Counted from the stretch's first letter, positions 46,885 through 56,792 are shown. The stretch: DNA of 64,000 nucleotides from Bacteroidales bacterium (GCA_038213375.1 JBBQTB010000021.1:6567-70566), one strand, 5' to 3'. Notes: generated by a model from the sequence alone, not told the origin. Translations and numbers: made by a program.

Positions 46885-48480
46885 ATGAATTTTAAGAAAC
46901 TACTATTTTCGGCAATGTTGTTTTTTGCAGTAACTAGCATTTATTCACAGACAACCTATCGAAACCCGGTTATTCCTGGATTTAATCCAGACCCAAGCGT
47001 ATGTAGAGTTGGAGAGGATTACTATCTGGTTACAAGTACATTTGAGTTTTTTCCGGGTGTTCCTGTTTATCATAGTAAGGATTTAGTTCATTGGGAGCAA
47101 AATGGTTATTGCCTTACCCGTAAATCACAACTACCGTTGGATAATTGCCGAAGTTCGGGTGGCATTTACGCTCCAACAATCCGATACAATAATGGTGTTT
47201 TTTATATGGTGACAACCAATGTTACCGGTGGAGGAAATTTTTATGTGACTACCACCAACACTTCCGGTGAATGGTCAGAACCTATTTGGGTGAAACAGGG
47301 AGGAATCGATCCAACCCTGTTTTTCGACGATAATAACAAAATTTATTTGACATCCAACGATAATGCTGAAGGCAAGACTGGTATAGCTTTATCTGAAATT
47401 GATATTAAAACGGGCAAACTTATTACGCAGATAAAACATATTTGGGGTGGCACAGGGGGCAGATACCCCGAAGCACCTCATATTTATAAAATTAAAGGTT
47501 GGTATTATCTGATGATTGCAGAAGGTGGCACCGAATATGGGCATATGGAAACGATTGCCCGAAGTAAGAATATTTGGGGTCCTTATGATTCGAATCCGGA
47601 CAATCCTATTCTCACTCACCGTGCACTTTCAGGGCAAAATCAACAGATTCAAGGTACTGGTCATGCCGATATGATTCAGGCTCACGATGGTTCGTGGTGG
47701 CTTGTGTTTTTAGCTTTTCGCAAATCTGGTGGAGATTTTCATCAACTAGGCCGTGAAACCTTTCTAACGCCATTGACATGGAATACAGATGGTTGGCCTG
47801 TAGTAAGCCCTGGCGATACTGTCGGTTTGATTGTAAAAACTAAAACATTGCCTCTTATCTCCCTGCCTGTCCTGCCAATTCGGGATGATTTTAAAGATAC
47901 AAAGTTGGGTTTGCAGTGGAATTTTCTGCGTAATCCCGATAATTTATCCTGGTCGCTTACTGAAAAATCAGGAACTTTACGGTTGAAGGGTAATGCTTTA
48001 ACATTAAGCCAATCGGCATCACCAGCTTTTATTGGGCGTCGTCAACAACATTTTAATTTTACTGCTACTACAAAGGTAAGTTTTAGTCCTGTTAAATCAA
48101 GTGATGAAGCCGGTATTACTGCTTTTAGTAACGAAAAACATCATTACGATCTTTTTATTACTAAAGAAGGAAATAAGCGTTTTTTAAAGTTTCGGGTAAA
48201 AATTGGGAATATGGAACATATCGAAAAAAATATAGAACTTCCTGAAGGTGAGATAATTTTACGTATATTAGGAACACCGGAATGGTATTCGTTTGGTTTT
48301 AAGGCGGAAAATTCTCCTGATTTTATTGAACTGGGAAAAATGGATACAAAGTATTTATCGTCTGAAGTTGCTGGTGGTTTTACAGGGGTTTATTTGGGGA
48401 TGTATTCTACTGGCAATGGCGAAAAATGCAAAACATTTGCTGACTTTGATTGGTTTGATTATGACACTAAAGATGTATGA
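46885..48480 (+). CDS. GH43 glycoside hydrolase (beta-xylosidase/alpha-L-arabinofuranosidase type) with a C-terminal beta-sandwich domain
   Basis: Signal peptide, the N-terminal catalytic-domain signature YRNPVIPGFNPDPSVCRVGEDYYL, and 531 aa as for XynB-like two-domain GH43 enzymes. Confidence 0.85.
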   Translation: MNFKKLLFSAMLFFAVTSIYSQTTYRNPVIPGFNPDPSVCRVGEDYYLVTSTFEFFPGVPVYHSKDLVHWEQNGYCLTRKSQLPLDNCRSSGGIYAPTIRYNNGVFYMVTTNVTGGGNFYVTTTNTSGEWSEPIWVKQGGIDPTLFFDDNNKIYLTSNDNAEGKTGIALSEIDIKTGKLITQIKHIWGGTGGRYPEAPHIYKIKGWYYLMIAEGGTEYGHMETIARSKNIWGPYDSNPDNPILTHRALSGQNQQIQGTGHADMIQAHDGSWWLVFLAFRKSGGDFHQLGRETFLTPLTWNTDGWPVVSPGDTVGLIVKTKTLPLISLPVLPIRDDFKDTKLGLQWNFLRNPDNLSWSLTEKSGTLRLKGNALTLSQSASPAFIGRRQQHFNFTATTKVSFSPVKSSDEAGITAFSNEKHHYDLFITKEGNKRFLKFRVKIGNMEHIEKNIELPEGEIILRILGTPEWYSFGFKAENSPDFIELGKMDTKYLSSEVAGGFTGVYLGMYSTGNGEKCKTFADFDWFDYDTKDV

Positions 48481-48698
48481 ATGTAAAGGATTTGTTTTTA
48501 ACTATTTTCTTTGTGCTAAGTCGGCTTTTGGATAAATATTTTGCCATAAATACTCATTAAAATAGGTCGTTAATTGGTGGAAGGCGGTGGGGCAGGGGGT
48601 AGCATCCTAACTTTTAACTTCTGTCTTGCTTCTACACCATTCAAACAAAATATTTTCTATATTGCACGGTCAATTAACTATTAAAAAACAATAAACCT

Positions 48699-49982
48699 AT
48701 GGGAAAAGTGGATGCCTTAATTACTAAAATTAATAATGGTAATAATAACATTTTTAAAGAATTGTATGGTAATGACTCTGTTGTGCTCCAAAAACAGGCT
48801 CACCGCTATGAAGACTTGTTAAAAAAATTTCACTCATCATTTAAAAATGATGATGTTGAATTATTTAGCTCTCCTGGACGTACCGAAATTGGTGGAAATC
48901 ATACTGATCATAATTTTGGTCGGGTTCTTGCGGGTGCAGTTAATCTTGATAATGTGGCTGTTGCTGCAAAAAACAATACCAACATCGTTCGAATCGAGTC
49001 GGTTGGATATCCAAAATTTGAGGTTGATCTTTCTAATCTTAAGGCTAGCAAAGAAGAGTATTTTACATCAGTTTCACTAGTTCGTGGTGTTAGTGCACGT
49101 CTTAAAGAATTAGGTTTTGCAATAGGTGGTTTTGATGCCATTATTGATGGTGGTGTACCTAAAGGATCGGGATTAAGTTCTTCCGCATCTTTTGAAGTGC
49201 TAATCGGCGCTATCATTAATCACTTATTTAACAACGGCAAGCTCGATGCCGTTCAAAATGCTATAATAGGCCAATATGCCGAAAATAATTTCTTTGGAAA
49301 GCCTTGTGGTTTGATGGATCAAACTGCTTGTTCCGTTGGCGGATTGATAACGATTGATTTTAAAGATCCGTCAAAACCTATCGTGAAGAAAGTGGGCTTC
49401 GATTTTGTTGCTACCGGATTTGCTTTGGTTATTACCGATACCGGTGGAAATCATGCTGATTTGAACGACGAATATGCTTCGCTGCCCACAGATATGAAAG
49501 CTGTAGCCGCTGAATTGGGAGCCAAAGTACTTCGTCAGGTTACACTTGAACAAGTTGTTGAAATTGCACCTAAGATTCGTGAAAAAGTTGGCGATCGTGC
49601 TTTGCTTCGCGCATATCACTTCCTTGGCGACAATCAACGTGTTGTTAATCAAGTCGAAGCTTTAGAGAAAAACGATTTTAAGTCGTTCCTTGGTATGATT
49701 ATCGAATCTGGCTATAGTTCATTCATGTATAATCAAAATATTTACCCTGTAAATAATGTTCGTGAACAAGGCGTTTCGTTAGCATTAGCTTTAAGCGAAA
49801 TGATACTTAAAGATCAAGGTGCATGGCGCGTTCATGGTGGTGGTTTTGCAGGAACTATTCAGGCTTTTGTGCCTAAAAACCTACTTGATAAATATGTTTC
49901 CACTCTTGAGCATGTTTATGGAAAAGGAGCATGCCACAAGTTGTTTATAAGGCAAATGGGTTCAATAAAGGTTGAATTGTAA
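48699..49982 (+). CDS. galK: GHMP sugar kinase of the galactokinase family (long, atypical-signature form)
   Basis: The galactokinase-like signature is SPGRTEIGGNHTDHN, against canonical GRxNLIGEHxDY. GHMP ATP-binding motif PKGSGLSSSASFEV. It sits adjacent to galM and a GluP/FucP-type transporter. Confidence 0.7.
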   Translation: MGKVDALITKINNGNNNIFKELYGNDSVVLQKQAHRYEDLLKKFHSSFKNDDVELFSSPGRTEIGGNHTDHNFGRVLAGAVNLDNVAVAAKNNTNIVRIESVGYPKFEVDLSNLKASKEEYFTSVSLVRGVSARLKELGFAIGGFDAIIDGGVPKGSGLSSSASFEVLIGAIINHLFNNGKLDAVQNAIIGQYAENNFFGKPCGLMDQTACSVGGLITIDFKDPSKPIVKKVGFDFVATGFALVITDTGGNHADLNDEYASLPTDMKAVAAELGAKVLRQVTLEQVVEIAPKIREKVGDRALLRAYHFLGDNQRVVNQVEALEKNDFKSFLGMIIESGYSSFMYNQNIYPVNNVREQGVSLALALSEMILKDQGAWRVHGGGFAGTIQAFVPKNLLDKYVSTLEHVYGKGACHKLFIRQMGSIKVEL

Positions 49983-50094
49983 GAAGAGTAAGAATATAGA
50001 TTAGGTGGGAAGATTGAAAAAGAGAAATATCGTTATCCTTTACCTATCCTACTATTCTGCATCACTACTTACCTACTAATTAAATACATACATT

Positions 50095-51147
50095 ATGAAT
50101 ATTATAAAAGAAGATTCATTTAAGGGGACATATCTTGGTAAGCCTACAGCGCTTTATACATTAAAAAACAAAAAAGGTGTTATTGCACAAGTAACCAATT
50201 ATGGAGCTATTATAGTAAGTATTTATCTTCCTGACCGTAAAGGAAATTTAGCTGATATCGTTCAGGGTTATGATACAATCGGCGAATACATCAATGGTAA
50301 CAGTCCTTACATGGGTGCTATATGCGGTCGATGTGCCAACAGAATCGCCAAAGGAAAATTCATTCTTGAGAATAAGGAATATAATCTGGCAGTTAACAAT
50401 GGTCCCAACCATTTGCATGGCGGAATCGCTGGTTTTAGTAAGATTGTATGGGATGTAACTAGTTTTTCATCTTCGAAAGTTGTTATGGAATACTTATCTA
50501 AAGATGGTGAGGAAGGGTATCCAGGAAATTTGAAAGTTACCGTAACTTATACATTAACTGACGACAACGAATTGGTTTTGGATTATTTAGCGACAACTGA
50601 TAGAACTACCGTTGTAAATTTTGCCAGTCATTCCTATTTTAATCTGGCAGGTGAAGGTACAGGAGATATTCTCAATCAGGAATTAATGATCAATGCTTTA
50701 TATTATACTCCTGTAGATGAAACATCAATTCCAACAGGTGAAATTCGCAGTGTAAAGGGAACACCTATGGATTTTACACAACCAAGAAAAATTGGATCGC
50801 GGATTGATATCGGAGATGAGCAGCTTCGTTTTGGAGCAGGTTACGACCATAACTGGGTTTTAAAGAATCGGACAGGAGATTTAGCACTGGCTGCTATTGC
50901 ATACGATCTTGAATCTGGTAGGTTGATGGAAGTTTCTACTACTCAACCGGGATTGCAGTTGTATACAGCCAACTGGATTGATGGCGAAAAAGGAAAGGGA
51001 GGAAAAATATATGGCAGGCGTTGGGCATTTTGTCTGGAAACCCAGCATTTCGCGGATGCCATTAATAAACCACATTTCCCATCCACCATACTGCATCCGG
51101 GCGAAACTTACAAACATTCGTGTGTACATAAATTTTCAGTAAAATAA
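50095..51147 (+). CDS. galM: Aldose 1-epimerase (galactose mutarotase)
   Basis: 350 aa with GPNHLHGG and a ..FCLETQHFADA.. motif, typical of GalM. Confidence 0.9.
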   Translation: MNIIKEDSFKGTYLGKPTALYTLKNKKGVIAQVTNYGAIIVSIYLPDRKGNLADIVQGYDTIGEYINGNSPYMGAICGRCANRIAKGKFILENKEYNLAVNNGPNHLHGGIAGFSKIVWDVTSFSSSKVVMEYLSKDGEEGYPGNLKVTVTYTLTDDNELVLDYLATTDRTTVVNFASHSYFNLAGEGTGDILNQELMINALYYTPVDETSIPTGEIRSVKGTPMDFTQPRKIGSRIDIGDEQLRFGAGYDHNWVLKNRTGDLALAAIAYDLESGRLMEVSTTQPGLQLYTANWIDGEKGKGGKIYGRRWAFCLETQHFADAINKPHFPSTILHPGETYKHSCVHKFSVK

Positions 51148-51169
51148 ATTTAACTAATAATTTAAAAAA

Positions 51170-52396
51170 ATGAGTGAACAAAACAAACCTAGTTATCTGT
51201 TTCCATTGATAGTAATGGCCTCTTTGTTTTTCCTGTTCGGCTTTATTACCACTATGAACAATTCGACTATCGATTTCTTAAAAAATGCATTTGGCCTAGA
51301 CGATTTTCAAAAACAGTTGCCTAATACATTCTTTTATGGAGCATATATTTTATCAGTACCTGTAGGCTTTATGCTTACCAGAATCGGTTATAAAAATGGT
51401 GTTTTGGCTGGTCTTGCATTAATTTCACTGGGGTTTTTTCTATGCATTCCCGGAGTATCAAACGGTTATTATGGATTTCTTAGTACTGTTTCCGTATTTG
51501 CAATTGGAGTTGTAATTTTACAAGTTGCTGCGGCACCTTATGTAAATGCTTTGGGAAGCCCTGAAACTGCTGCAAGCCGATTGACTCTAACAAACGCACT
51601 AAACTCTGTAGCTACAGTTATCGCTCCTATTTTTGTTTCTGTTCTTTTAGTTACTCCTAAACTAGAACCTGGTTCAAAAATGGAAAACTCAGCAATTCAA
51701 GAAATTGTAAAGGGTCCATTTATGGTAATTGGCATTATAACTGCAGTTATTCTGGTAATCATGTTTTTCTTAAAATTGCCTGAGATAAAAACCGAAGATA
51801 ACCAAGCTGTAGGCTCTGAAAAGAAATTGTACAAATCAAGTGCTTTCAAATATACTCATGTTTGGTTAGGTTCCCTGGCAATTTTCTTATATATGGGAAT
51901 AGAAATCGGCATTTCTAGCTTCTTCCCTGATTATGCTAAATCGCTCGGTATTCAAGGTATTAACGGAACTGATATGTTAAAATATTATTGGGGTGGGATG
52001 ATGGTAGGTCGTATTTTAGGAATATTCATTTTAAGAAAATTCAAAGCCGGACAAATTTTGGCAATTTGTGCTATTGGAGGCGGAGTATTGTTGGGAGCTT
52101 CATTTGCACTTAGTTCCAGTCTACCATTTGTTGCAATGTGGTTGTTTCTTGCCACGGGCTTGTTCCATTCAATCATGTGGCCTGTTATTTACAACCTTGC
52201 ATTGGAAGATCTAGGCCCACATGTTAAAGTAGCTTCTGGTGTAATTGCCACCTCGGTAATTGGCGCTTCGATTTTAACGTTAATTATGGGTAAAATTCAG
52301 GTAGTAACAGGGTCTGTAATGATAGCCGTAAGTCTCATGTTTTTTTATTATTTATATATGATTTTTTTCGCAGTAAAAGGATCGAAAATCCGTTAG
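51170..52396 (+). CDS. MFS sugar:H+ symporter, GluP/FucP (glucose/galactose or fucose permease) family
   Basis: 408 aa with 12 TM helices. The N-terminus (..LFFLFGFITTMNNSTIDFLKNAF..) is typical of FucP/GluP permeases. Confidence 0.8.
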   Translation: MSEQNKPSYLFPLIVMASLFFLFGFITTMNNSTIDFLKNAFGLDDFQKQLPNTFFYGAYILSVPVGFMLTRIGYKNGVLAGLALISLGFFLCIPGVSNGYYGFLSTVSVFAIGVVILQVAAAPYVNALGSPETAASRLTLTNALNSVATVIAPIFVSVLLVTPKLEPGSKMENSAIQEIVKGPFMVIGIITAVILVIMFFLKLPEIKTEDNQAVGSEKKLYKSSAFKYTHVWLGSLAIFLYMGIEIGISSFFPDYAKSLGIQGINGTDMLKYYWGGMMVGRILGIFILRKFKAGQILAICAIGGGVLLGASFALSSSLPFVAMWLFLATGLFHSIMWPVIYNLALEDLGPHVKVASGVIATSVIGASILTLIMGKIQVVTGSVMIAVSLMFFYYLYMIFFAVKGSKIR

Positions 52397-52412
52397 TTTT
52401 CTTTCGATTTAT

Positions 52413-52444
52413 AAAAGCCATCCTACTCAGGGTGGCTTTTTTTT
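52413..52444 (+). terminator. Rho-independent terminator after the MFS transporter gene
   Basis: 9-bp stem aagccatcc / gggtggctt (one G-U pair), a 6-nt loop, and a T8 run. Confidence 0.7.
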
Positions 52445-52510
52445 ATGGACATAAAACGACCAACTATTTATTATTTTTTTCCAAATTTTAATTACCTTCG
52501 CAAAAGCATG

Positions 52511-52533
52511 TGAAGTGTATTAAAAACACTTAA
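52511..52533. promoter_or_regulatory. Candidate AraR operator (TGAAGT-N11-ACTTAA) upstream of araR
   Basis: It has the same half-sites and spacing as 54940-54962. It lies 22 nt upstream of the araR ATG and 10 nt downstream of a near-consensus -7 box (taccttcg, 52493-52500). Confidence 0.4.
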
Positions 52534-52554
52534 ATTAGATAAGTAAATAAATTT

Positions 52555-53280
52555 ATGGGAGCTTTTTATCAGGATGAGGATCGGCACTATGTCGCTTTAG
52601 ACTGTATCATTTTTGGTTTCGATGCAGGCGAACTTAAACTTTTGTTACTAAAGAGGAAATTTGAACCGGCAAAAGGTGAATGGTCGTTAATGGGAGGTTT
52701 TTTAAAGAATAACGAAAGCCTTGATGAGGGAGCCCGAAGAATACTCCTTCAGCTTACCGGTCTTAACAATATTTATATGGAACAACTCCAAAGCTTTGGT
52801 GACATAAACCGCGATCCGGGCGAACGAACCATTTCAATCGCATTTTATGCATTGATTAAAGTGGATGATAACGACCGGAAACTAGCAGAAGCTCATGGAG
52901 CTCATTGGATTTCAATTAATAAAGTGCCAACTCTTATCTTCGATCATAATAAAATGGTGGAGAAAGCACTAAAAACCCTAAGAAACAAAATTGTTACGAA
53001 ACCCATTGGATTTGAGCTTTTATCCGAAAAATTTACGCTGCCTCAATTACAAAGCTTATACGAAGCTATCAATCAAGAACAACTCGACAAACGAAACTTT
53101 CGCAAACGAATACTCGAAACAGGGTTATTAGATAAAATGGATGAAAAAGAAAAAGGATCATCTAAAAAGGGTGCTTTTTATTATATGTTTAATAAAGAAA
53201 AATACCGCATGTTTGCAGAAATGGGCTTTCACTTTCAGATGAAAGTGAAAAAAGACGCACTAATTAAGATTAACACATAA
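52555..53280 (+). CDS. araR: Nudix-domain transcriptional regulator of the NrtR family (AraR-like)
   Basis: 241 aa. The N-terminal Nudix fold has a degenerate Nudix box (GGFLKNNESLDEGARRILLQLTG), followed by a C-terminal winged-helix-like region. It is embedded in an arabinose utilisation cluster, as described for Bacteroides AraR. Confidence 0.7.
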   Translation: MGAFYQDEDRHYVALDCIIFGFDAGELKLLLLKRKFEPAKGEWSLMGGFLKNNESLDEGARRILLQLTGLNNIYMEQLQSFGDINRDPGERTISIAFYALIKVDDNDRKLAEAHGAHWISINKVPTLIFDHNKMVEKALKTLRNKIVTKPIGFELLSEKFTLPQLQSLYEAINQEQLDKRNFRKRILETGLLDKMDEKEKGSSKKGAFYYMFNKEKYRMFAEMGFHFQMKVKKDALIKINT

Positions 53281-53326
53281 ATATAAATCAATAATATTTG
53301 ATAATTAACTATTAATTAATACTCTA

Positions 53327-54886
53327 ATGAAAAATCCAAAAGGCTTCCTTCTTATTCTGGTTTTTGTTATTTCTGGATTTCAATTATCTATGGCACAAAA
53401 TAAAACAGATAATACAATTGTACTTAACGTTGATAAAGCCACAGTCCCAATTAGTAAAGACATATATGGGCAATTTGCTGAACATTTGGGGAGATGTATT
53501 TACGAGGGTATTTGGGTTGGCGAAAACTCAGTTATACCAAATACACGCGGTATTCGTAATGATGTTGTGACAGCGTTGAAGGATATGAATATACCTGTTT
53601 TACGCTGGCCAGGTGGTTGCTTTGCTGATACTTACCATTGGAAAGATGGAGTTGGTCCTAAGGATAAACGTGCATCCATTGTAAATGTAAATTGGGGCGG
53701 TGTTACTGAGGATAACAGTTTCGGAACACACGAATTTCTTGACCTATGCGAAATGCTGGGCTGCGATGCTTATGTTTCTGGAAATGTGGGTAGTGGAACT
53801 GTCCAGGAAATGGCCGAATGGTTAGAATATATGTCCTCTGATTTAGCCTCACCCATGACAAAACTTCGGAAGCAAAATGGCCGTGAGAAGCCCTGGAAAG
53901 TGAAATATTTTGGAATTGGCAACGAGGCATGGGGTTGCGGAGGTAATATGACTCCCGAGCATTATTCCGATCTATGCAAACAATATGGTACTTATCTCAG
54001 TTATGCTGGCAGAGGTACTCAAAAGATTGCTTCTGGCGCAAGTGATTTTAACTTAAATTGGACCGATGTTGTAATGAAGAACGTTGGAACAAATGTACAA
54101 GGTATTGGTGTTCATTATTATACTTTGCCAGGAAATTGGCAGAAAAAAGGTTCATCTACTGATTTTGATAAAAATGAGTGGTTTACTGTTTTAAGAAAAA
54201 CCTTAATGATGGATTCGTTGATTGTAAAACATCTTGCCGTTATGGATAAATACGACAAAAATAAAAAAGTAGGCATGATGGTAGACGAATGGGGTACCTG
54301 GTACGAAGTTGAACCAGGAACTAACCCGGGTTTCCTTTATCAGCAAAACACGCTTCGCGATGCGTTGGTTGCTGCAATAAATCTCAATATATTTAATAAT
54401 CATGCGGATAGGGTGAAAATGACCAATATTGCACAGATGGTTAATGTACTACAGGCCATGATACTTACAAAAAAGGAACAAATGGTGTTAACTCCTACCT
54501 ATTATATATTCCGCATGTATAAGGTACATCAGAATGCAACTTTAATTCCAATTACATTAACATGTCGGGATTATAAAAATGGGAACGAATCAATTCCTTC
54601 GATAAACGCATCAGCATCAAAAGACGCTAATAGTAAAATACACATCACCATTACAAACCTCGATCCAAATGCCGAAAGTCCGGTGACTATCGATTTGGGA
54701 AAGATTAAAGATGCAACCGTCAATGGAGAAGTGCTTACCGCCAGCGAAATTAATTCATTTAATGATTTTGGCCTTCCCGAGAAAGTTAAACTTCAAAAAT
54801 TCACTCAATTTAAACTGAACGGAACTAAGTTGCATGTCGTTATGCCTTCAAAATCTGTAGTTTCAATAGAAATATCGGAGAAATGA
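53327..54886 (+). CDS. GH51 alpha-L-arabinofuranosidase
   Basis: 519 aa with a signal peptide and the motifs IYGQFAEHLGRCIYEGIWVG, LRWPGGCFAD and FGIGNEAWGCGG (acid/base Glu). Confidence 0.85.
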   Translation: MKNPKGFLLILVFVISGFQLSMAQNKTDNTIVLNVDKATVPISKDIYGQFAEHLGRCIYEGIWVGENSVIPNTRGIRNDVVTALKDMNIPVLRWPGGCFADTYHWKDGVGPKDKRASIVNVNWGGVTEDNSFGTHEFLDLCEMLGCDAYVSGNVGSGTVQEMAEWLEYMSSDLASPMTKLRKQNGREKPWKVKYFGIGNEAWGCGGNMTPEHYSDLCKQYGTYLSYAGRGTQKIASGASDFNLNWTDVVMKNVGTNVQGIGVHYYTLPGNWQKKGSSTDFDKNEWFTVLRKTLMMDSLIVKHLAVMDKYDKNKKVGMMVDEWGTWYEVEPGTNPGFLYQQNTLRDALVAAINLNIFNNHADRVKMTNIAQMVNVLQAMILTKKEQMVLTPTYYIFRMYKVHQNATLIPITLTCRDYKNGNESIPSINASASKDANSKIHITITNLDPNAESPVTIDLGKIKDATVNGEVLTASEINSFNDFGLPEKVKLQKFTQFKLNGTKLHVVMPSKSVVSIEISEK

Positions 54887-54925
54887 GATATTTTTTATGC
54901 CACTTTATTTATTTAAAAATATTAA

Positions 54926-54933
54926 TATCTTTG
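54926..54933 (+). promoter_or_regulatory. Bacteroidota-type -7 box (TAnnTTTG) for the SSS transporter-araD-araB unit
   Basis: tatctttg ends 6 nt upstream of the palindromic candidate operator. Confidence 0.4.
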
Positions 54934-54939
54934 TCTGTA

Positions 54940-54962
54940 TTAAGTGTAAAAAACATACTTAA
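54940..54962. promoter_or_regulatory. Candidate AraR operator (TTAAGT-N11-ACTTAA, perfect half-sites)
   Basis: ttaagt gtaaaaaacat acttaa read directly. It sits just downstream of a -7 box, in a repressor-roadblock position. Confidence 0.45.
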
Positions 54963-55010
54963 TATATAACTAACTAGCATTAATTAAATAAAACTAATAC
55001 GCTTAAATCG

Positions 55011-56756
55011 ATGAATTGGACTTCTCATGAATTTATTTGGCTCGACTGGGTAATTATCGTGGTCGGGATTGTAGCTGTAGGTTGGGCTGTTTGGCGTTCG
55101 ATACAAAAACACAAACGTTCGATACAGGGTGCCGACAGCGAGGACTACCTGTTTGGTAAAGGCGAACCATGGTATATTATAGGTGCGGCTATTTTTGCTG
55201 CAAACATCGGCTCAGAACACCTTGTAGGTCTTGCCGGCACTGGCGCGAAATCCGGTGTAGGTATGGCGCACTGGGAGATGCAAGGCTGGATGATACTTAT
55301 TTTGGGCTGGCTTTTTGTTCCGTTCTACCAACTTATGAACAATAAATTGGGAAAAATTATCACGATGCCCGACTTTCTAAAAAATCGCTACACACCTCGC
55401 ACCGGGTCGTGGCTGTCTATCATTACACTTATTGCCTACGTGCTAACCAAAGTGAGTGTAACAGCGTTTACAGGCGGTATCTTCATGGAAAGCCTTCTTG
55501 GCTTGCCTTTCTGGTATGGAGCTATCGGATTAATTGTCTTAACGGGTATATTTACCGTTTTTGGCGGCATGAAGGGTGTTATGACACTGTCGGCAATTCA
55601 AACACCTATACTTATCATTGGTTCATTCCTTGTGCTTTTCTTAGGATTGTCAGCGCTCGGAGGCGGCAATGTTGCTCACGGTTGGACTGCCATGATTGAC
55701 TATTCAAAATCGCTGAGTGTTGGAGCAGACGGCGTTGCACACGGCACAAACCACATGTTCCACTTAGAGACGGGCGACCCGCTTTATGATGACTATCCCG
55801 GTTTTTGGGTATTTATCGGAGCGACAATTATTGGCTTTTGGTATTGGGCTACCGACCAACATATCGTTCAACGTGTACTCGGACAAACAAAAGGCGAGGC
55901 TAACGATGTTGTAATGAAACGCGCACGCAGAGGTACTATCGCTGCTGGTTATTTTAAAATATTACCTGTATTTATGTTCCTGATACCCGGTATGATAGCC
56001 GCCGCATTGGCAGCGCGTCCGGGCAGCGGCTTCACATTAGACAACCCTGATACAGCCTTTGGCTCAATGGTTAAGTTTGTATTACCCGCCGGTGTGAAAG
56101 GTATTGTTACCATAGGCTTTATATCAGCATTGGTTGCTTCTTTGGCTGCATTCTTCAACTCCTGTGCTACCTTGTATACCGAAGACTTTTATAAGCCAAT
56201 GTTCAAAGGCAAAAGCGAGGCTAGATACGTTTTGGTAGGCCGTATTGCAACAATTGTTGTAGTGGTACTTGGTATTGGATGGATACCAGTCATGATGAGT
56301 CTCGGCAGCCTTTACTCCTATCTGCAAGGCATTCAATCGCTGCTCGCACCTGCAATGGTGGCAGTATTTGTAATGGGTATATTTTCCAAAAGAATTACAC
56401 CCAAGGCAGGCGAAGCAGGTTTAATAGTAGGCTTTCTTATTGGTATGGCACGATTGCTAACAAACATCTTTACAAATACAGGTAAAGACGTAATGACAGG
56501 CTGGTACTGGGAATCCACCCAATGGTTCTGGCATACCAACTGGCTTATTTTTGAGATATGGCTGCTTGTCTTCATCATGTTGTTTATGGTTGTAGTATCA
56601 TTCTTTACTCCAAAACCAACTGCTAAACAGATTGAGTTTATCACTTTCACAGGCGACTACAAGGCACTCATCTGGAAGAGCTGGAACAAGTGGGATGTAA
56701 TTGCTTCGTTGGGTGTGGTACTGATTTGTGCTTTATTCTACGCCTATTTCTGGTAA
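55011..56756 (+). CDS. Sodium:solute symporter (SSS/SGLT family) sugar transporter
   Basis: 581 aa with about 14 TM helices and motifs (..GAAIFAANIGSEHLVGLAG.., ..TDQHIVQRVL..) typical of SGLT-type transporters. It lies in the arabinose cluster. Confidence 0.85.
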   Translation: MNWTSHEFIWLDWVIIVVGIVAVGWAVWRSIQKHKRSIQGADSEDYLFGKGEPWYIIGAAIFAANIGSEHLVGLAGTGAKSGVGMAHWEMQGWMILILGWLFVPFYQLMNNKLGKIITMPDFLKNRYTPRTGSWLSIITLIAYVLTKVSVTAFTGGIFMESLLGLPFWYGAIGLIVLTGIFTVFGGMKGVMTLSAIQTPILIIGSFLVLFLGLSALGGGNVAHGWTAMIDYSKSLSVGADGVAHGTNHMFHLETGDPLYDDYPGFWVFIGATIIGFWYWATDQHIVQRVLGQTKGEANDVVMKRARRGTIAAGYFKILPVFMFLIPGMIAAALAARPGSGFTLDNPDTAFGSMVKFVLPAGVKGIVTIGFISALVASLAAFFNSCATLYTEDFYKPMFKGKSEARYVLVGRIATIVVVVLGIGWIPVMMSLGSLYSYLQGIQSLLAPAMVAVFVMGIFSKRITPKAGEAGLIVGFLIGMARLLTNIFTNTGKDVMTGWYWESTQWFWHTNWLIFEIWLLVFIMLFMVVVSFFTPKPTAKQIEFITFTGDYKALIWKSWNKWDVIASLGVVLICALFYAYFW

Positions 56757-56792
56757 AATTTACCAGTTTAATAAAAAAATTTAAATTTAATA

